Positions 11,655 through 20,997 of a stretch of DNA of 64,000 bases are shown here, piece after piece (position 1 is the first letter of the stretch; each line of letters starts with the position of its first letter). Source of the DNA: Candidatus Bathyarchaeota archaeon (GTDB taxonomy: Archaea; Thermoproteota; Bathyarchaeia; Bathyarchaeales; Bathycorpusculaceae); assembly GCA_963768425.1 (NCBI GenBank), contig CAVYHV010000006.1, positions 1 through 64,000 of the forward strand, in the 5' to 3' direction. Both the position numbers and the translations under genes were made by a program. The notes below the pieces were generated by a model. That model worked only from the letters and a program-made list of their open reading frames with translations, made no database searches and had not been told where the DNA came from.

Positions 11655-12452
11655 ATGACCTTTCAAAAAACAGATTTCGTAGTAATCAATTATTCCGCAA
11701 AGGTTAAGGAAACAAACGAAGTTTTCGACACCACCTACGAAGATGTAGCTAAAAAAGAGCACCTTCACAAAGAAGGCGAAATACATGAACCTAAACTGGT
11801 TGTGGTAGGCGAAGGCTGGGTCCTTAAAGCCTTAGATGACAGCTTAACAACCATGGAGCTAAACAAGCCTGCAACCGTTGAGATTTCACCTGAAAAGGGC
11901 TTCGGGCAAAGAGACCCTGAAAAAGTCAAGCGCGTACCACTAAGACAACTATTGGCAAAAGAAATCAACCCCGTTATCGGCGCACGCATAGAATACCAAG
12001 GCAAGATGGCGAGCGTCCGTGCAATTGGCGCGGGAAGAGTTCTCTTAGACTACAATCCTCCCTTGGCAGGCAAAACACTGGTCTACGAGGTCACGATCAG
12101 CAAGAAAATTGAAAGCAATGAAGAAAAAATCGCTGCACTTATCCACCGAAGAATCCCTCAGGTTGAAGAAAAACAGTTCACAATAACTATTCAAGAAAAA
12201 ACCTTAACGATTGACATGCCCGAGGTTGCCTTCTACATTGAAGGAATCCAAATTGCCAAACGCGGTATCGCAATGGATATCCAGAAATTCATCCCTGACT
12301 TAACCGAAACAAAATTCGTCGAAGCCTTCAAAGCAGAACCCAAAGCTGCTCCAGCTACGCCAGCGCCAATCGAACCAGCCGCAACTCCAACATCACCATC
12401 ACCGGCGCCCGAACAATCACCCGAACCAGAAACCAAAGCACCCCCAACTTAA
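11655..12452 (+). CDS. FKBP-type (long archaeal, SlyD-like) peptidyl-prolyl isomerase
   Basis: Motifs FDTT, PEKGFGQRDP, DYNPPLAGKTL; Pro/Ala-rich tail. Confidence 0.92.
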   Translation: MTFQKTDFVVINYSAKVKETNEVFDTTYEDVAKKEHLHKEGEIHEPKLVVVGEGWVLKALDDSLTTMELNKPATVEISPEKGFGQRDPEKVKRVPLRQLLAKEINPVIGARIEYQGKMASVRAIGAGRVLLDYNPPLAGKTLVYEVTISKKIESNEEKIAALIHRRIPQVEEKQFTITIQEKTLTIDMPEVAFYIEGIQIAKRGIAMDIQKFIPDLTETKFVEAFKAEPKAAPATPAPIEPAATPTSPSPAPEQSPEPETKAPPT

Positions 12453-12559
12453 AAATCTGGAAACATTCCCAGTTTCCACATCTTATTTTTTAGTATTTGC
12501 TCTACTTAGTCGCTTGACTTTAATTCACTATGTGGGGCAGTCGCTTTCAAACCAAGTGT

Positions 12560-13627
12560 TCAATCGATTATTCCTGTTGCCTTCGCCGTTTTCTCACAAT
12601 CTTCAAAACTCAAGTTTAGCTTCTGTAGGATTGTGTAGCGCTCAGGCCTTATTGTCGCGGCTAACTTCAAAGCCTTAACGACATCGATGTCCGCAACACC
12701 CAATTCTTTAGCGGTAGTCGGTGCCCCTATCAACTTTAAGCTGTTCTTGATTCGCTGCCAGTTTGCCTTGTAAAGATAAGCCGAAAGAATTGACCCTACC
12801 CCACATTGTTCTCCGTGCATAGCATGATGCGAATTCACGATGTCCAGCGCGTGGCTAAACAGGTGCTCGGAGCCGCTGCATGGACGACTGCTTCCCGCAA
12901 TGCTCATGGCAACCCCGCAGCTGATCAAAGCCTCCAGAAGCACCCTTAGGCCTTCATCTTGATGATCCACAATAAGCTTTGCGTTCTGAATAACGAGCCT
13001 CGCGCTCATCAAAGCGAGGCTGGCCGCATACTCGCCGTAATACTCGTTTTGCTCCAAATGTGCCAGCTTCCAGTCCTTTACGGATGTAAACTTTGCGATG
13101 ACGTCCCCGCAGCCGCTTACCATGAAACGCCAAGGCGCTTTAGCGATGACTTCTGTGTCTGCGATAATGGCAAGGGGCGCTTGGGCAAGTACCGAATAGG
13201 GTTTATTGGAGCCTTTAATCGAAGCCAGCGGACTCGCAATGCCGTCGTGTGACACTGTAGTGGGCACGCTGATGAAGGGTATGTTTTTGCTTCTTGAACT
13301 TACTTTCGCAGCGTCAATAATCGTTCCTCCGCCCACGCCGAAAAACACCTGCGGCTTCAAGTCCCGTATCTGATTTTCAATTTCTGAAATATCTTTTGTA
13401 GTCATAGTTTTGACAAGAAGAAAATCAACCGATAAGCCTGATTCAGCGATAAGGTCTGAAACGGTTTTTCCTGCAAGATCGTAACATATCGCGTCCGACA
13501 TTACAAGGGCTCTTCCTTTGAGGCGTAACCGTTTCGTAACTTCAGGAATCCGCTGAAGCGTTCCTTTTCCAACGATGACCTCGCGTGGAAGCTGCATATA
13601 ATGGTAATTTAAAGTCAAGCCTACCAC
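12560..13627 (-). CDS. egsA: sn-glycerol-1-phosphate dehydrogenase
   Basis: Motifs GVGGGTIID, SVPTTVSHDGIASP, SRPCSGSEHLFSH, HGEQCG, RPERYTIL. Confidence 0.95.
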   Translation of the reverse strand: MVGLTLNYHYMQLPREVIVGKGTLQRIPEVTKRLRLKGRALVMSDAICYDLAGKTVSDLIAESGLSVDFLLVKTMTTKDISEIENQIRDLKPQVFFGVGGGTIIDAAKVSSRSKNIPFISVPTTVSHDGIASPLASIKGSNKPYSVLAQAPLAIIADTEVIAKAPWRFMVSGCGDVIAKFTSVKDWKLAHLEQNEYYGEYAASLALMSARLVIQNAKLIVDHQDEGLRVLLEALISCGVAMSIAGSSRPCSGSEHLFSHALDIVNSHHAMHGEQCGVGSILSAYLYKANWQRIKNSLKLIGAPTTAKELGVADIDVVKALKLAATIRPERYTILQKLNLSFEDCEKTAKATGIID

Positions 13628-13946
13628 TGTTAACTAGCAAATTAATCTGACTACGTAGGTTTAAAACTTTGGGAAACCCAACCAAAACACCCCTGGCCAA
13701 CATCCACGGAAAGGAACTGTTTAGGTCAAGAATCTACCGGTTCTTGATTGACAATGAATCTGATCTGCTAATTTGCTTGTTTTGCAAAGAAGTCTTAGCA
13801 AGTCTAAGAAGAGCATCCAACAATTCCTTCTAGTCGGCTTCGCCTTGGAAAATCCAATCTATCGATTGCATGCCTGCATCTCTTTGTTATTTTGAACGTT
13901 AGGGTTATAACCACGGATATTCTTAGTGAGTTGCTGGATGGGTTTT

Positions 13947-14024
13947 GGGCGAGTAGCTCAGTACGGATAGAGCACCAGCCTCCTAAGTTGGGGGTCGAGG
14001 GTTCAAATCCCTCCCCGCCCGCCA
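13947..14024 (+). tRNA. tRNA-Arg(CCT)
   Basis: Cloverleaf with CCAGC-CTCCTAA-GTTGG, GGTTCAAATCC and GCCA end; A6.C67 mismatch in the acceptor stem. Confidence 0.93.
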
Positions 14025-14301
14025 GTAACAATTAAGCCTCATTTCAAGGTTAATTTCTGCTTTCTGACTTTTTTATTGCTAACACTTGTTTTAGTTTGGA
14101 CCCTCTGGGCCTTAACTTTTCTAAGTGAGCTTATTCTCGAATACGAAGCAATAGTGCTGTTACTGTCCTCATGGAAAAGGTCTGATTGGCTCATCAAACT
14201 TAATATGTTTAAATTTAAAGTTGGCGCTCATAGTTTTTCTTTTGGTTACAAGACATTGGGCTTGATGAATTTTGCTCCTTTTTGCGTAAGCCTTATTATG
14301 G

Positions 14302-14322
14302 TTGATTGATTTATTCAATCAA
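14302..14322. promoter_or_regulatory. Probable TetR operator TTGATTGA-N5-TCAATCAA
   Basis: Perfect 8-bp inverted repeat between a TATA-like element and the TetR start codon. Confidence 0.75.
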
Positions 14323-14338
14323 TAGCAAGTGACGATTT

Positions 14339-14956
14339 ATGCCTAGAAGTAAAGAAGCAAATCAGAAGTTAAGAAAGGAGACAACTCAAAAGATTTTGGA
14401 TGGTGCTGTCGCCGTCTTTGCAACTAAGGGTAGCGCTGCAACCATAGCCGAAATTGCTGCAAAGGCAGAAGTCAGCCAAGGATTAGCATACCATTACTTC
14501 AAAAGTAAAGAAGAAATCTTTGCTATCTTGGTTAAGCAGGCTGCAGAAGCAGGGGGTGGACCAGCCAAGCGCATTAATCAAATTCAAGGGACGCCAGGCA
14601 AGCGTCTTGCACTCTTAATTACGTACATTTTAGAGGATTACCGCCAAAACTCCGGTATGGCGCAAATCATGTATAGTGTCTTGGAAGATGAAACTGCACC
14701 CAGCGACCTTAAGAGTCTAGTTCTGAGAAACGGCAAAGCTATACAGGATATTATGCGTCAGCTTATTGTTGAAGGGCAGGCTACTGGCGAAATCGTTGAT
14801 GAAGACCCCGACCAACTTATGGTTGCGTTACTGGCATGTTTTAACGGCCTAATGAAAAGAGCCACCATGCTTGACCCGAACGATGCGAAAAGCCACTTTC
14901 CTGAAGCCAAGATAATCTTGCGAATGCTCAGACCTGAAAATCAAGGAGAGAACTAA
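14339..14956 (+). CDS. TetR/AcrR family transcriptional regulator
   Basis: ATIAEIAAKAEVSQGLAYHYFKSKEEI helix-turn-helix. Confidence 0.93.
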   Translation: MPRSKEANQKLRKETTQKILDGAVAVFATKGSAATIAEIAAKAEVSQGLAYHYFKSKEEIFAILVKQAAEAGGGPAKRINQIQGTPGKRLALLITYILEDYRQNSGMAQIMYSVLEDETAPSDLKSLVLRNGKAIQDIMRQLIVEGQATGEIVDEDPDQLMVALLACFNGLMKRATMLDPNDAKSHFPEAKIILRMLRPENQGEN

Positions 14957-14959
14957 AAA

Positions 14960-16132
14960 ATGAATCGAAAAGGAGTTTGCTATGATGTTGGGCGGGTGAT
15001 GATGGGAAGCCAATGGCGCCCCAAATTCGACCTCAAACAAGTACACCGTGAGCTTGAAATAATCAAAAATGACCTACACTGCAACACAGTCAGAATCTGC
15101 GGCTTAGACCTAAAGAGACTCGAAATCGCGGCGGAGGAGGCGCTCACTCGGGGCTTGGAGGTTTGGCTGTCGCCTGAGATGTGGGACAGAAGCCAAGAAG
15201 AAAACCTACCGTACCTCGAGAAGGCGGCGGAAGTTGCGGAAGCTCTGCGGCAGCAGTTCCCGGGCAAGGTGGCTTTGAGCGTTGGATCAGAGGCGACGCT
15301 TTTCACGCAAGGTATTGTTGAAGGCGAGAATTTCATGCAAAGAATGAATAATCCTTCGTTTTGGATGAACATCCAAGCGGGGAAACACAATGAACCGCTC
15401 AACGCATTTCTGGCTAAGGCATGCCGCGCTGTCAGGCAGACCTTCAAAGGCGAAGTGACGTATTTTTCTGTCCCGTTTGAAAAGGTTGATTGGGGCCCAT
15501 TCGATTTCGTCGGCGTTGATCTTTACCGAGACGTCAGGATAAAGAACGTCTTTGACAAAGTGGTCAAGGGTTTCCTTGCATACGACAAGCCTGTTTTAAT
15601 TGGCGAGTTCGGTTGCTGCACTTACCGGGGAGCAGATTTGCTTGGAGGAACCGGCTTCATCGTCATATTTGGCATGATGAACGATTATCTTGGGGAGAAA
15701 CTATCCATACCCACGCCGTTTGCCGAAATGCTCAAGATCATTCCGAAGGTTAACAATCACTACATTCGAGACGAAAGTTTGCAGGCAAAAGAAATTATTG
15801 AAGAGCTCGCCGCATTCGACGCCGCTGGCGTAGAGGGCGCGTTCGTCTTCACGTTTGTTTCTCCGACCTCCGCCTATAATGATGATCCAAGGTTCGATAT
15901 GGATTTGGGCAGCTTCAGCCTCGTGAAAAGCTACCCTGAGAAAGACACATTCGAACAGATTACATCTGAGAGCGCAAAACAGGGAAAAGAACTTGCAGGC
16001 ATAGAGTCAATGCCAGATCTGTCAGCTAAGTTCGCCAACGTCATCGGCAAGCATGGAAGCGCCTATCCAGATATGCCTTGGGAACCAAAAGAATCATTCC
16101 GAGCAGTAGCTGACTATTATGCCAAACTCTAA
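14960..16132 (+). CDS. Glycoside-hydrolase-like TIM-barrel protein (family often labelled 'abortive infection protein')
   Basis: Motifs KGVCYDVG, DLHCNTVRICG, SVGSE, KPVLIGEFGCCTY, WEPKESF. Confidence 0.6.
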   Translation: MNRKGVCYDVGRVMMGSQWRPKFDLKQVHRELEIIKNDLHCNTVRICGLDLKRLEIAAEEALTRGLEVWLSPEMWDRSQEENLPYLEKAAEVAEALRQQFPGKVALSVGSEATLFTQGIVEGENFMQRMNNPSFWMNIQAGKHNEPLNAFLAKACRAVRQTFKGEVTYFSVPFEKVDWGPFDFVGVDLYRDVRIKNVFDKVVKGFLAYDKPVLIGEFGCCTYRGADLLGGTGFIVIFGMMNDYLGEKLSIPTPFAEMLKIIPKVNNHYIRDESLQAKEIIEELAAFDAAGVEGAFVFTFVSPTSAYNDDPRFDMDLGSFSLVKSYPEKDTFEQITSESAKQGKELAGIESMPDLSAKFANVIGKHGSAYPDMPWEPKESFRAVADYYAKL

Positions 16133-16201
16133 GATGGCGAATAGACACCCGAGGATTCAAACGGGGGCTCAACGCTATCCCCGCCCGCCATAAAACTTGA
16201 T

Positions 16202-16453
16202 TCAGATCTCAATTGCTTTGGCTCCAAGATTAAGCCAGTACTTGCCATATTTTAGCCAAGCAAGGATAACTCGAGCCTCAGCCTCCACATTTTCGATTTT
16301 CGGGGCTGACAGAAAGACAAGTCCGTATTCAAGGAATTTAGATATGAACTTTTCAAGGCAAAGTCGCTGTTTAGCCGTTTTTTTTGACGTTAACTCTTTG
16401 AAGCTCTCATAAAATTGAGGACTAAATCTGAACGCTTTAGTTTTCTTAGGCAT
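16202..16453 (-). CDS. Small hypothetical protein, possible RHH-like N-terminus or remnant
   Basis: MPKKTKAFRFSPQFYESFKEL...; start inferred within ORF 16202-16582. Confidence 0.4.
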   Translation of the reverse strand: MPKKTKAFRFSPQFYESFKELTSKKTAKQRLCLEKFISKFLEYGLVFLSAPKIENVEAEARVILAWLKYGKYWLNLGAKAIEI

Positions 16454-16593
16454 ATGCTTGCCTGCTGTATTGACAAACTGTATCAACAAAGTGTATATAC
16501 ATTGGCCGACCGGTCGGCTTGTACACACAAGAGAGAACCTACCTCCTCGGTCGGAGACCTTTCTGATTTGAATCCTGGTCAAGTTTTGCGAGG

Positions 16594-16884
16594 CTACTTT
16601 TTGCGGTAATTCTTTATCGGCGTCAGAGGGATGGTGTAAGTTTCCATGACCCCTTCTACTAAACGGATTCGGTCGCCGACGAAATGCAGGGCGTTTTCGT
16701 TTGTGTCAGCTTGAAAAAGAACAGCGTAGTCCCATCGTCCGAACACTTGGTAAGCTTCCTCAAGAGTTACGCCTTCAATCGGGTTTTCGCTGAACTCCAT
16801 CAGCGGCTCATACAGTTTAGCAGCCATGTTGGGGCTGATTCTAATCATAGCCAAGTACTTCTGCGTTTTTCCCACATAAGTCAC
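16594..16884 (-). CDS. GYD-domain / Lrp-AsnC ligand-binding-like protein
   Basis: YQVFGRWDYAVLF...GVMETYT pattern. Confidence 0.7.
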   Translation of the reverse strand: MTYVGKTQKYLAMIRISPNMAAKLYEPLMEFSENPIEGVTLEEAYQVFGRWDYAVLFQADTNENALHFVGDRIRLVEGVMETYTIPLTPIKNYRKK

Positions 16885-17067
16885 CTACCAGCAAACTGTT
16901 ATGGGACGTTAAAAAATATTATCCTTCGCTAATCCCGCAAGTGCTGCAGTTGGATTTGCTGAGCATCTTTTAGGTTTTTGTTTTCTTCAAAGGCTGAATC
17001 TTAGCAGTAACTTTTATTTGCTTAATCTTTAATGTGAAGGGTGTAAAACTGGGTAATTTGGAACTGT

Positions 17068-17144
17068 GCCTCGATAGCTCAGCCCAGTAGAGCGGCTGCC
17101 TTGTAAGCAGCAGGCCGCGGGAGCAAGGCCCGCTCGAGGCTCCA
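17068..17144 (+). tRNA. tRNA-Thr(TGT) with non-canonical D and T loops
   Basis: GCCTCGA/TCGAGGC-T-CCA acceptor, CTGC-CTTGTAA-GCAG anticodon arm, T-loop AGCAAGG. Confidence 0.85.
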
Positions 17145-17201
17145 CCCAACCTATCTAACTTAGAACGTTATGTTTTTGAATCAAAAAGGCCGATGAAGGT
17201 T

Positions 17202-17441
17202 CTACTCGGGGAGATCTTCGGTTTCTTCTTTGTCGCCTTTGCCGGTGGGCATTTTGCCTGTAAGTTTGTATTTGCGCGCTTGGGTTGATATAATTTCGTG
17301 TTCAAAAAGTTTCTTCAGTGAGCGGAAGATTTTCTTTGAGCTTTCGCCTGTTTTATCCACTAGTTCCTGCAGGGTCAATTCTTTGCCTTCAGTTTTTAGT
17401 GTTGCAACGATTTTTTCATCTGTTTTATTGAGTTTAACCAT
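17202..17441 (-). CDS. Small winged-helix DNA-binding protein
   Basis: LTLQELVDKTGESSKKIFRSLKKL pattern. Confidence 0.7.
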   Translation of the reverse strand: MVKLNKTDEKIVATLKTEGKELTLQELVDKTGESSKKIFRSLKKLFEHEIISTQARKYKLTGKMPTGKGDKEETEDLPE

Positions 17442-17535
17442 GTCCGTTTTCCTCTTGAGTTTTGCGTCTTTGTTTATTGCTTGTTTGGCTTTTCAATTTT
17501 ACGGTTAACCTGCGGACGGATGGAGATGATTTAGT

Positions 17536-17854
17536 AGCGGTGGACCGCTGCGGTTCGACGTCTAGACTCCGTATGGCGCTTCAAGCCCTACGCTCTTACC
17601 CGCACCCCCTTGAGCGCGTAGCGTCCAAACTTAGGTTGCTCTCTCCCGAGCCTAGCCGGGTTCGCCTGGTAGACAATGAAGCAGCTCCCCTACGGAAACT
17701 GCTCACAGACCGCCAGCCCCAAAGGACGGATAGTCAATGTTTCGGACATGAAGATCCAGGCGGCCTTTTACGCCTCATCCGCAGGTGTCAGCCCGTCGTA
17801 TAGAGGGTTTACGGTTTCAATGGACCCCTACCCCACCGCCTAAGATCCACCGCC
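17536..17854 (-). ncRNA. ffs: Archaeal signal recognition particle RNA (7S)
   Basis: About 320 nt. Ends pair (GGCGGTGGATC / GGTCCACCGCT); helix-8 motif AGGCTCGGGAGAGAGCA; TATA-like TTTTAAAG about 25 nt upstream. Confidence 0.88.
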
Positions 17855-18117
17855 GAATGTGTAAAGGCACACATCAATCTTTAAAACTTTCGCAGTAAGC
17901 GACTGCTTTGACAGGTATTTTTTGGTTCGATTTTTGTTTGTGTTTTAGGTTGCTTTCTTTCAACAGAGCTACCCAGCAGCTAAGGGTCCGTCTTCACTTA
18001 CCTCTCCCCTGTCGTGGAAGTTCGTTTGAGCAGTTGGTTTTTAAGCATTTTAGCCCAATCAGATTTTTGTAAGAGTGACTTATGATTGCGAAGTACTTTG
18101 AGTGGATTTGAGTTTTT

Positions 18118-18354
18118 ATGGTTGAAATAAAATCGCCTATTAGGCTTAAAGACCTTGAAGGTAAAGCGGGTATAGGATTCAAAGCTTTGCTCGGCCTTGA
18201 AGGTTCAAAGAAGGAACTTTACGACAACGACAAGATGATAATAATTAACTTACAGAAGGGTGAGTGCATTGCTTTTATGGATAGTGAAAACAAGGTTTGG
18301 GAGTTGTCAAGAAACTCAAAAGGACGCTATTCGCTACGAAAACTGAAGAAATAA
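18118..18354 (+). CDS. Hypothetical protein
   Basis: 78-aa ORF with ATG start; no recognisable motif. Confidence 0.5.
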   Translation: MVEIKSPIRLKDLEGKAGIGFKALLGLEGSKKELYDNDKMIIINLQKGECIAFMDSENKVWELSRNSKGRYSLRKLKK

Positions 18355-18475
18355 CAAAATACTTGATTTTTATCAGACCTTGTAATGCTTCATGCAAGTG
18401 CTAAGCGGAGGGAGTCTATTTTGTACTGAAATGAAAATCTGACCAAACATCTGAAACCCCAAGTTGCGGTTCTCC

Positions 18476-18898
18476 CTACCACCTTAGAATTAATTTGAAT
18501 ATGCCTAGTGCGATTCCCATGGACGCCACAGCGCTAAGTGCTGTTCCTCCTATCAATGTAGGATAAAACTTGTTTGATCGAACTCCTATCAGGCGACTAA
18601 TAACTGCCACCTGTATGGGCGAAAGCGCAAACACCCCAATGATTATGCCATAAAGACAATATTTGTCAATGAGTCTTTGACCTCTGGCTGTTCTTCTTTC
18701 AAGCCAACTTCTCAGCCCTTTTTTCCATTCCAGTAACCTATCAATTAGAAATATGGATGCTAAAACAGTTGAAATATTTATTGTAAGCGTCACTGCGAAG
18801 ACAAATAGGGGGTCAAATCCGACGGCGACGCCGTATAGCATGCCTCCTCCGCTTTCAAACACGATGGATATGAGAATGTAGAGGTAAATCTGGTACAT
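18476..18898 (-). CDS. Small multi-drug-export-like membrane protein
   Basis: Hydrophobic helices and RLIDKYCLYGII motif; start set at MYQIYL. Confidence 0.6.
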   Translation of the reverse strand: MYQIYLYILISIVFESGGGMLYGVAVGFDPLFVFAVTLTINISTVLASIFLIDRLLEWKKGLRSWLERRTARGQRLIDKYCLYGIIIGVFALSPIQVAVISRLIGVRSNKFYPTLIGGTALSAVASMGIALGIFKLILRW

Positions 18899-19181
18899 CG
18901 ATACACTCCCTTCATGAATTATTTTGATGGCTAAATAGCTTTTGTGGAAAATGGATCTAAAAGCCTCAAAACCAGAACTGGACAAACTGCCTCCGATTTC
19001 AGGAGCAAAATCCGTAAAAACTCGCCATCTTACAGTAAATTAGGATTCAGCCACTTCCTGGCAAATCCAATAACAATAGATTTTAAATACAGCTTGCAAC
19101 ATCAAGATTAATTGGGATAATTATGTTAAAGAAATCCTTTTTTTGCGTTTTTCTGATTTTTTTAAGAGGGGGTGAACCTTC

Positions 19182-19550
19182 TTGAGTAGAAAAGGAGTAA
19201 TTGGCTTCTTACTTTTAGGTTTAGTTGTTGGATTAGCTGTAGGTTACTCGATATCAATAGCTGTCCCATTTCAAACAACTGCGCAGAAACCGACGATATC
19301 GTTGAGTTCAAATTCAGTTAAGGCAGGCGCACTATACACAGCAACACTTACTGGTTTTCCAGCTAACACAGAAATCTACGGCTGGACAGTAAATCAACAA
19401 GTATCTGTTTGTTTCACCGCAGGAACCACTGACGCAAACGGCAAACTTGTAGTATCAGCAAACGCACCTCAAACAGTTGGAACACTGCCATTAGTCGCAT
19501 GCAACAAAGCGGAAACTATCTGGGCCGCCACAAGTCTAACAGTAACCTGA
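19182..19550 (+). CDS. Secreted or membrane-anchored Ig-like hypothetical protein
   Basis: N-terminal hydrophobic helix; beta-rich sequence ending in LTVT. Confidence 0.65.
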   Translation: MSRKGVIGFLLLGLVVGLAVGYSISIAVPFQTTAQKPTISLSSNSVKAGALYTATLTGFPANTEIYGWTVNQQVSVCFTAGTTDANGKLVVSANAPQTVGTLPLVACNKAETIWAATSLTVT

Positions 19551-19688
19551 GCAGAAAAAAGGTTGATGAGCTTATCCCACTCTCTTTAAAAAAATTTAGT
19601 CTACAAAGCTTTCACCGCGCATAAACTTTCCTAACTGCAGATAATCATTTTAGTCATATTGCTGAAGTCATGAGTAGGAAAATGCAAG

Positions 19689-20918
19689 TTGAAAATATCT
19701 AGATCGTCCTTCATTGTATTGTTCTTGCTCCTGGCTCCTTTAGTTGGAAGCGGTTTGCAGCAGACTACTATTCTGGGGCAAACTGTCGGCGGCTCAGGAA
19801 TGATTAGCGGGGTTTTAGCGCATGGGATGACCGCCTCAGAAGCGCAAATGTTGGCCGCCTCTAACATTACTTGGGTCAGCTGTGACGTAACTTTTAATCC
19901 CTCTGACATCAGCAACTGGGATGCGGTTTACTCTTTGGCGCAGCAAAATCACCTATCATTGATGGGTATTCTTGACCAGCACCTGATGAATTACAGCAAC
20001 ATCTTCACCTTAACTGATTGGAGCAACGCGGTAACGCAGGCCGTTGATGCCTTTGGCGGCGTCGTTAAGACTTGGGAAATCTGGAACGAACCCAACTATC
20101 CTAACAACGCCCTAGGCTACTTCGATGGTTCTCCACAAACCTACGTCATCATGTTGCAAACAGCTTACAACGACATAAAATCCGTAGCGCCCTCTGACAC
20201 AGTGATAGGTTTAGGCGGTATGCCTCTATACACAGCTGATAACCCAACCCTCAGCGACACATACGCCATGCAAGCTTACGCTTGGGCGCAGGAAGTCGTC
20301 CAATTAGGCGGCATGTCTTATTGCGACGCCATATCAGTCCACGCTTACCCATATGGACAATACTACCCACAAATAGCTGGAGCATTATTCACGAATTACA
20401 TACAACAATACAGCCAACTATGCGGGAAACCCATTTGGGTAACCGAAGTCGGCCAAGAATCCCTCAGTACAACATGGCAAGCTTCGGAAACCCAGCAATC
20501 CACGTTCTTGGCACAAAGCTATTCCCTGTTTCAAAGTCTGAACGTTAAAGCTTACTTCTGGTATGAACTAAGCGACAATTACACAGCCATCCCAAACTCC
20601 AACTTCGGGCTCTTCGACAACAACGGCAACCCAAAACAGGCGTTCTACACCTATGTGAGCGCCGTAAACGGCGAATCACCCCAAACAACTCCTGTTGATA
20701 CACCGACAGCTTCAACCACATTAATCCCGATCACTAACCCAACGACTTCGCTATCCCCAAGTCCAACCCAAGTAGCAACCTCCACACCGACGGCTTCCGC
20801 AACTGCAACGGCAACAACTGTATCCGAAGAAAACACGCTATCTGTCCTAATCACTGCTTTGGCGGTGTTGGTAGCCGCCGCAACATCTGCTTCTGTGAAG
20901 AAACAGCGGCAAAAATAG
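19689..20918 (+). CDS. Membrane-anchored clan GH-A glycoside hydrolase (GH5/GH39-like)
   Basis: Signal peptide, WEIWNEPN, ISVHAY, KPIWVTEVG, NFGL; Thr/Pro linker and C-terminal TM. Confidence 0.85.
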   Translation: MKISRSSFIVLFLLLAPLVGSGLQQTTILGQTVGGSGMISGVLAHGMTASEAQMLAASNITWVSCDVTFNPSDISNWDAVYSLAQQNHLSLMGILDQHLMNYSNIFTLTDWSNAVTQAVDAFGGVVKTWEIWNEPNYPNNALGYFDGSPQTYVIMLQTAYNDIKSVAPSDTVIGLGGMPLYTADNPTLSDTYAMQAYAWAQEVVQLGGMSYCDAISVHAYPYGQYYPQIAGALFTNYIQQYSQLCGKPIWVTEVGQESLSTTWQASETQQSTFLAQSYSLFQSLNVKAYFWYELSDNYTAIPNSNFGLFDNNGNPKQAFYTYVSAVNGESPQTTPVDTPTASTTLIPITNPTTSLSPSPTQVATSTPTASATATATTVSEENTLSVLITALAVLVAAATSASVKKQRQK

Positions 20919-20997
20919 TTTTCTCACTATTTCTTGGTAAGACCCGCTTGGGCAATCTTTTTATGCAGAGTTCAAGCTATAACTTTTCAGTGGTTTT

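Larger units (their letters stand above)
14025..16190. mobile_element. Integrase-free genomic islet at the tRNA-Arg 3' end
   Basis: The tRNA end tccccgcccgcca (14012-14024) is repeated at 16178-16190, preceded by cgaggattcaaa (compare cgagggttcaaa in the tRNA). Confidence 0.7.

Noticed and set aside
13804-14031. ORFs overlapping RNA genes (13804-14031, 17462-17803, 27481-27720)
   Set aside because: Spurious translations of tRNA-Arg, SRP RNA and tRNA-Cys.
19028-19069. Possible inverted, degenerate copy of the cassette arm (tcttacagtaaattagg...)
   Set aside because: The adjacent tRNA core is barely recognisable; similarity is too weak in AT-rich DNA.
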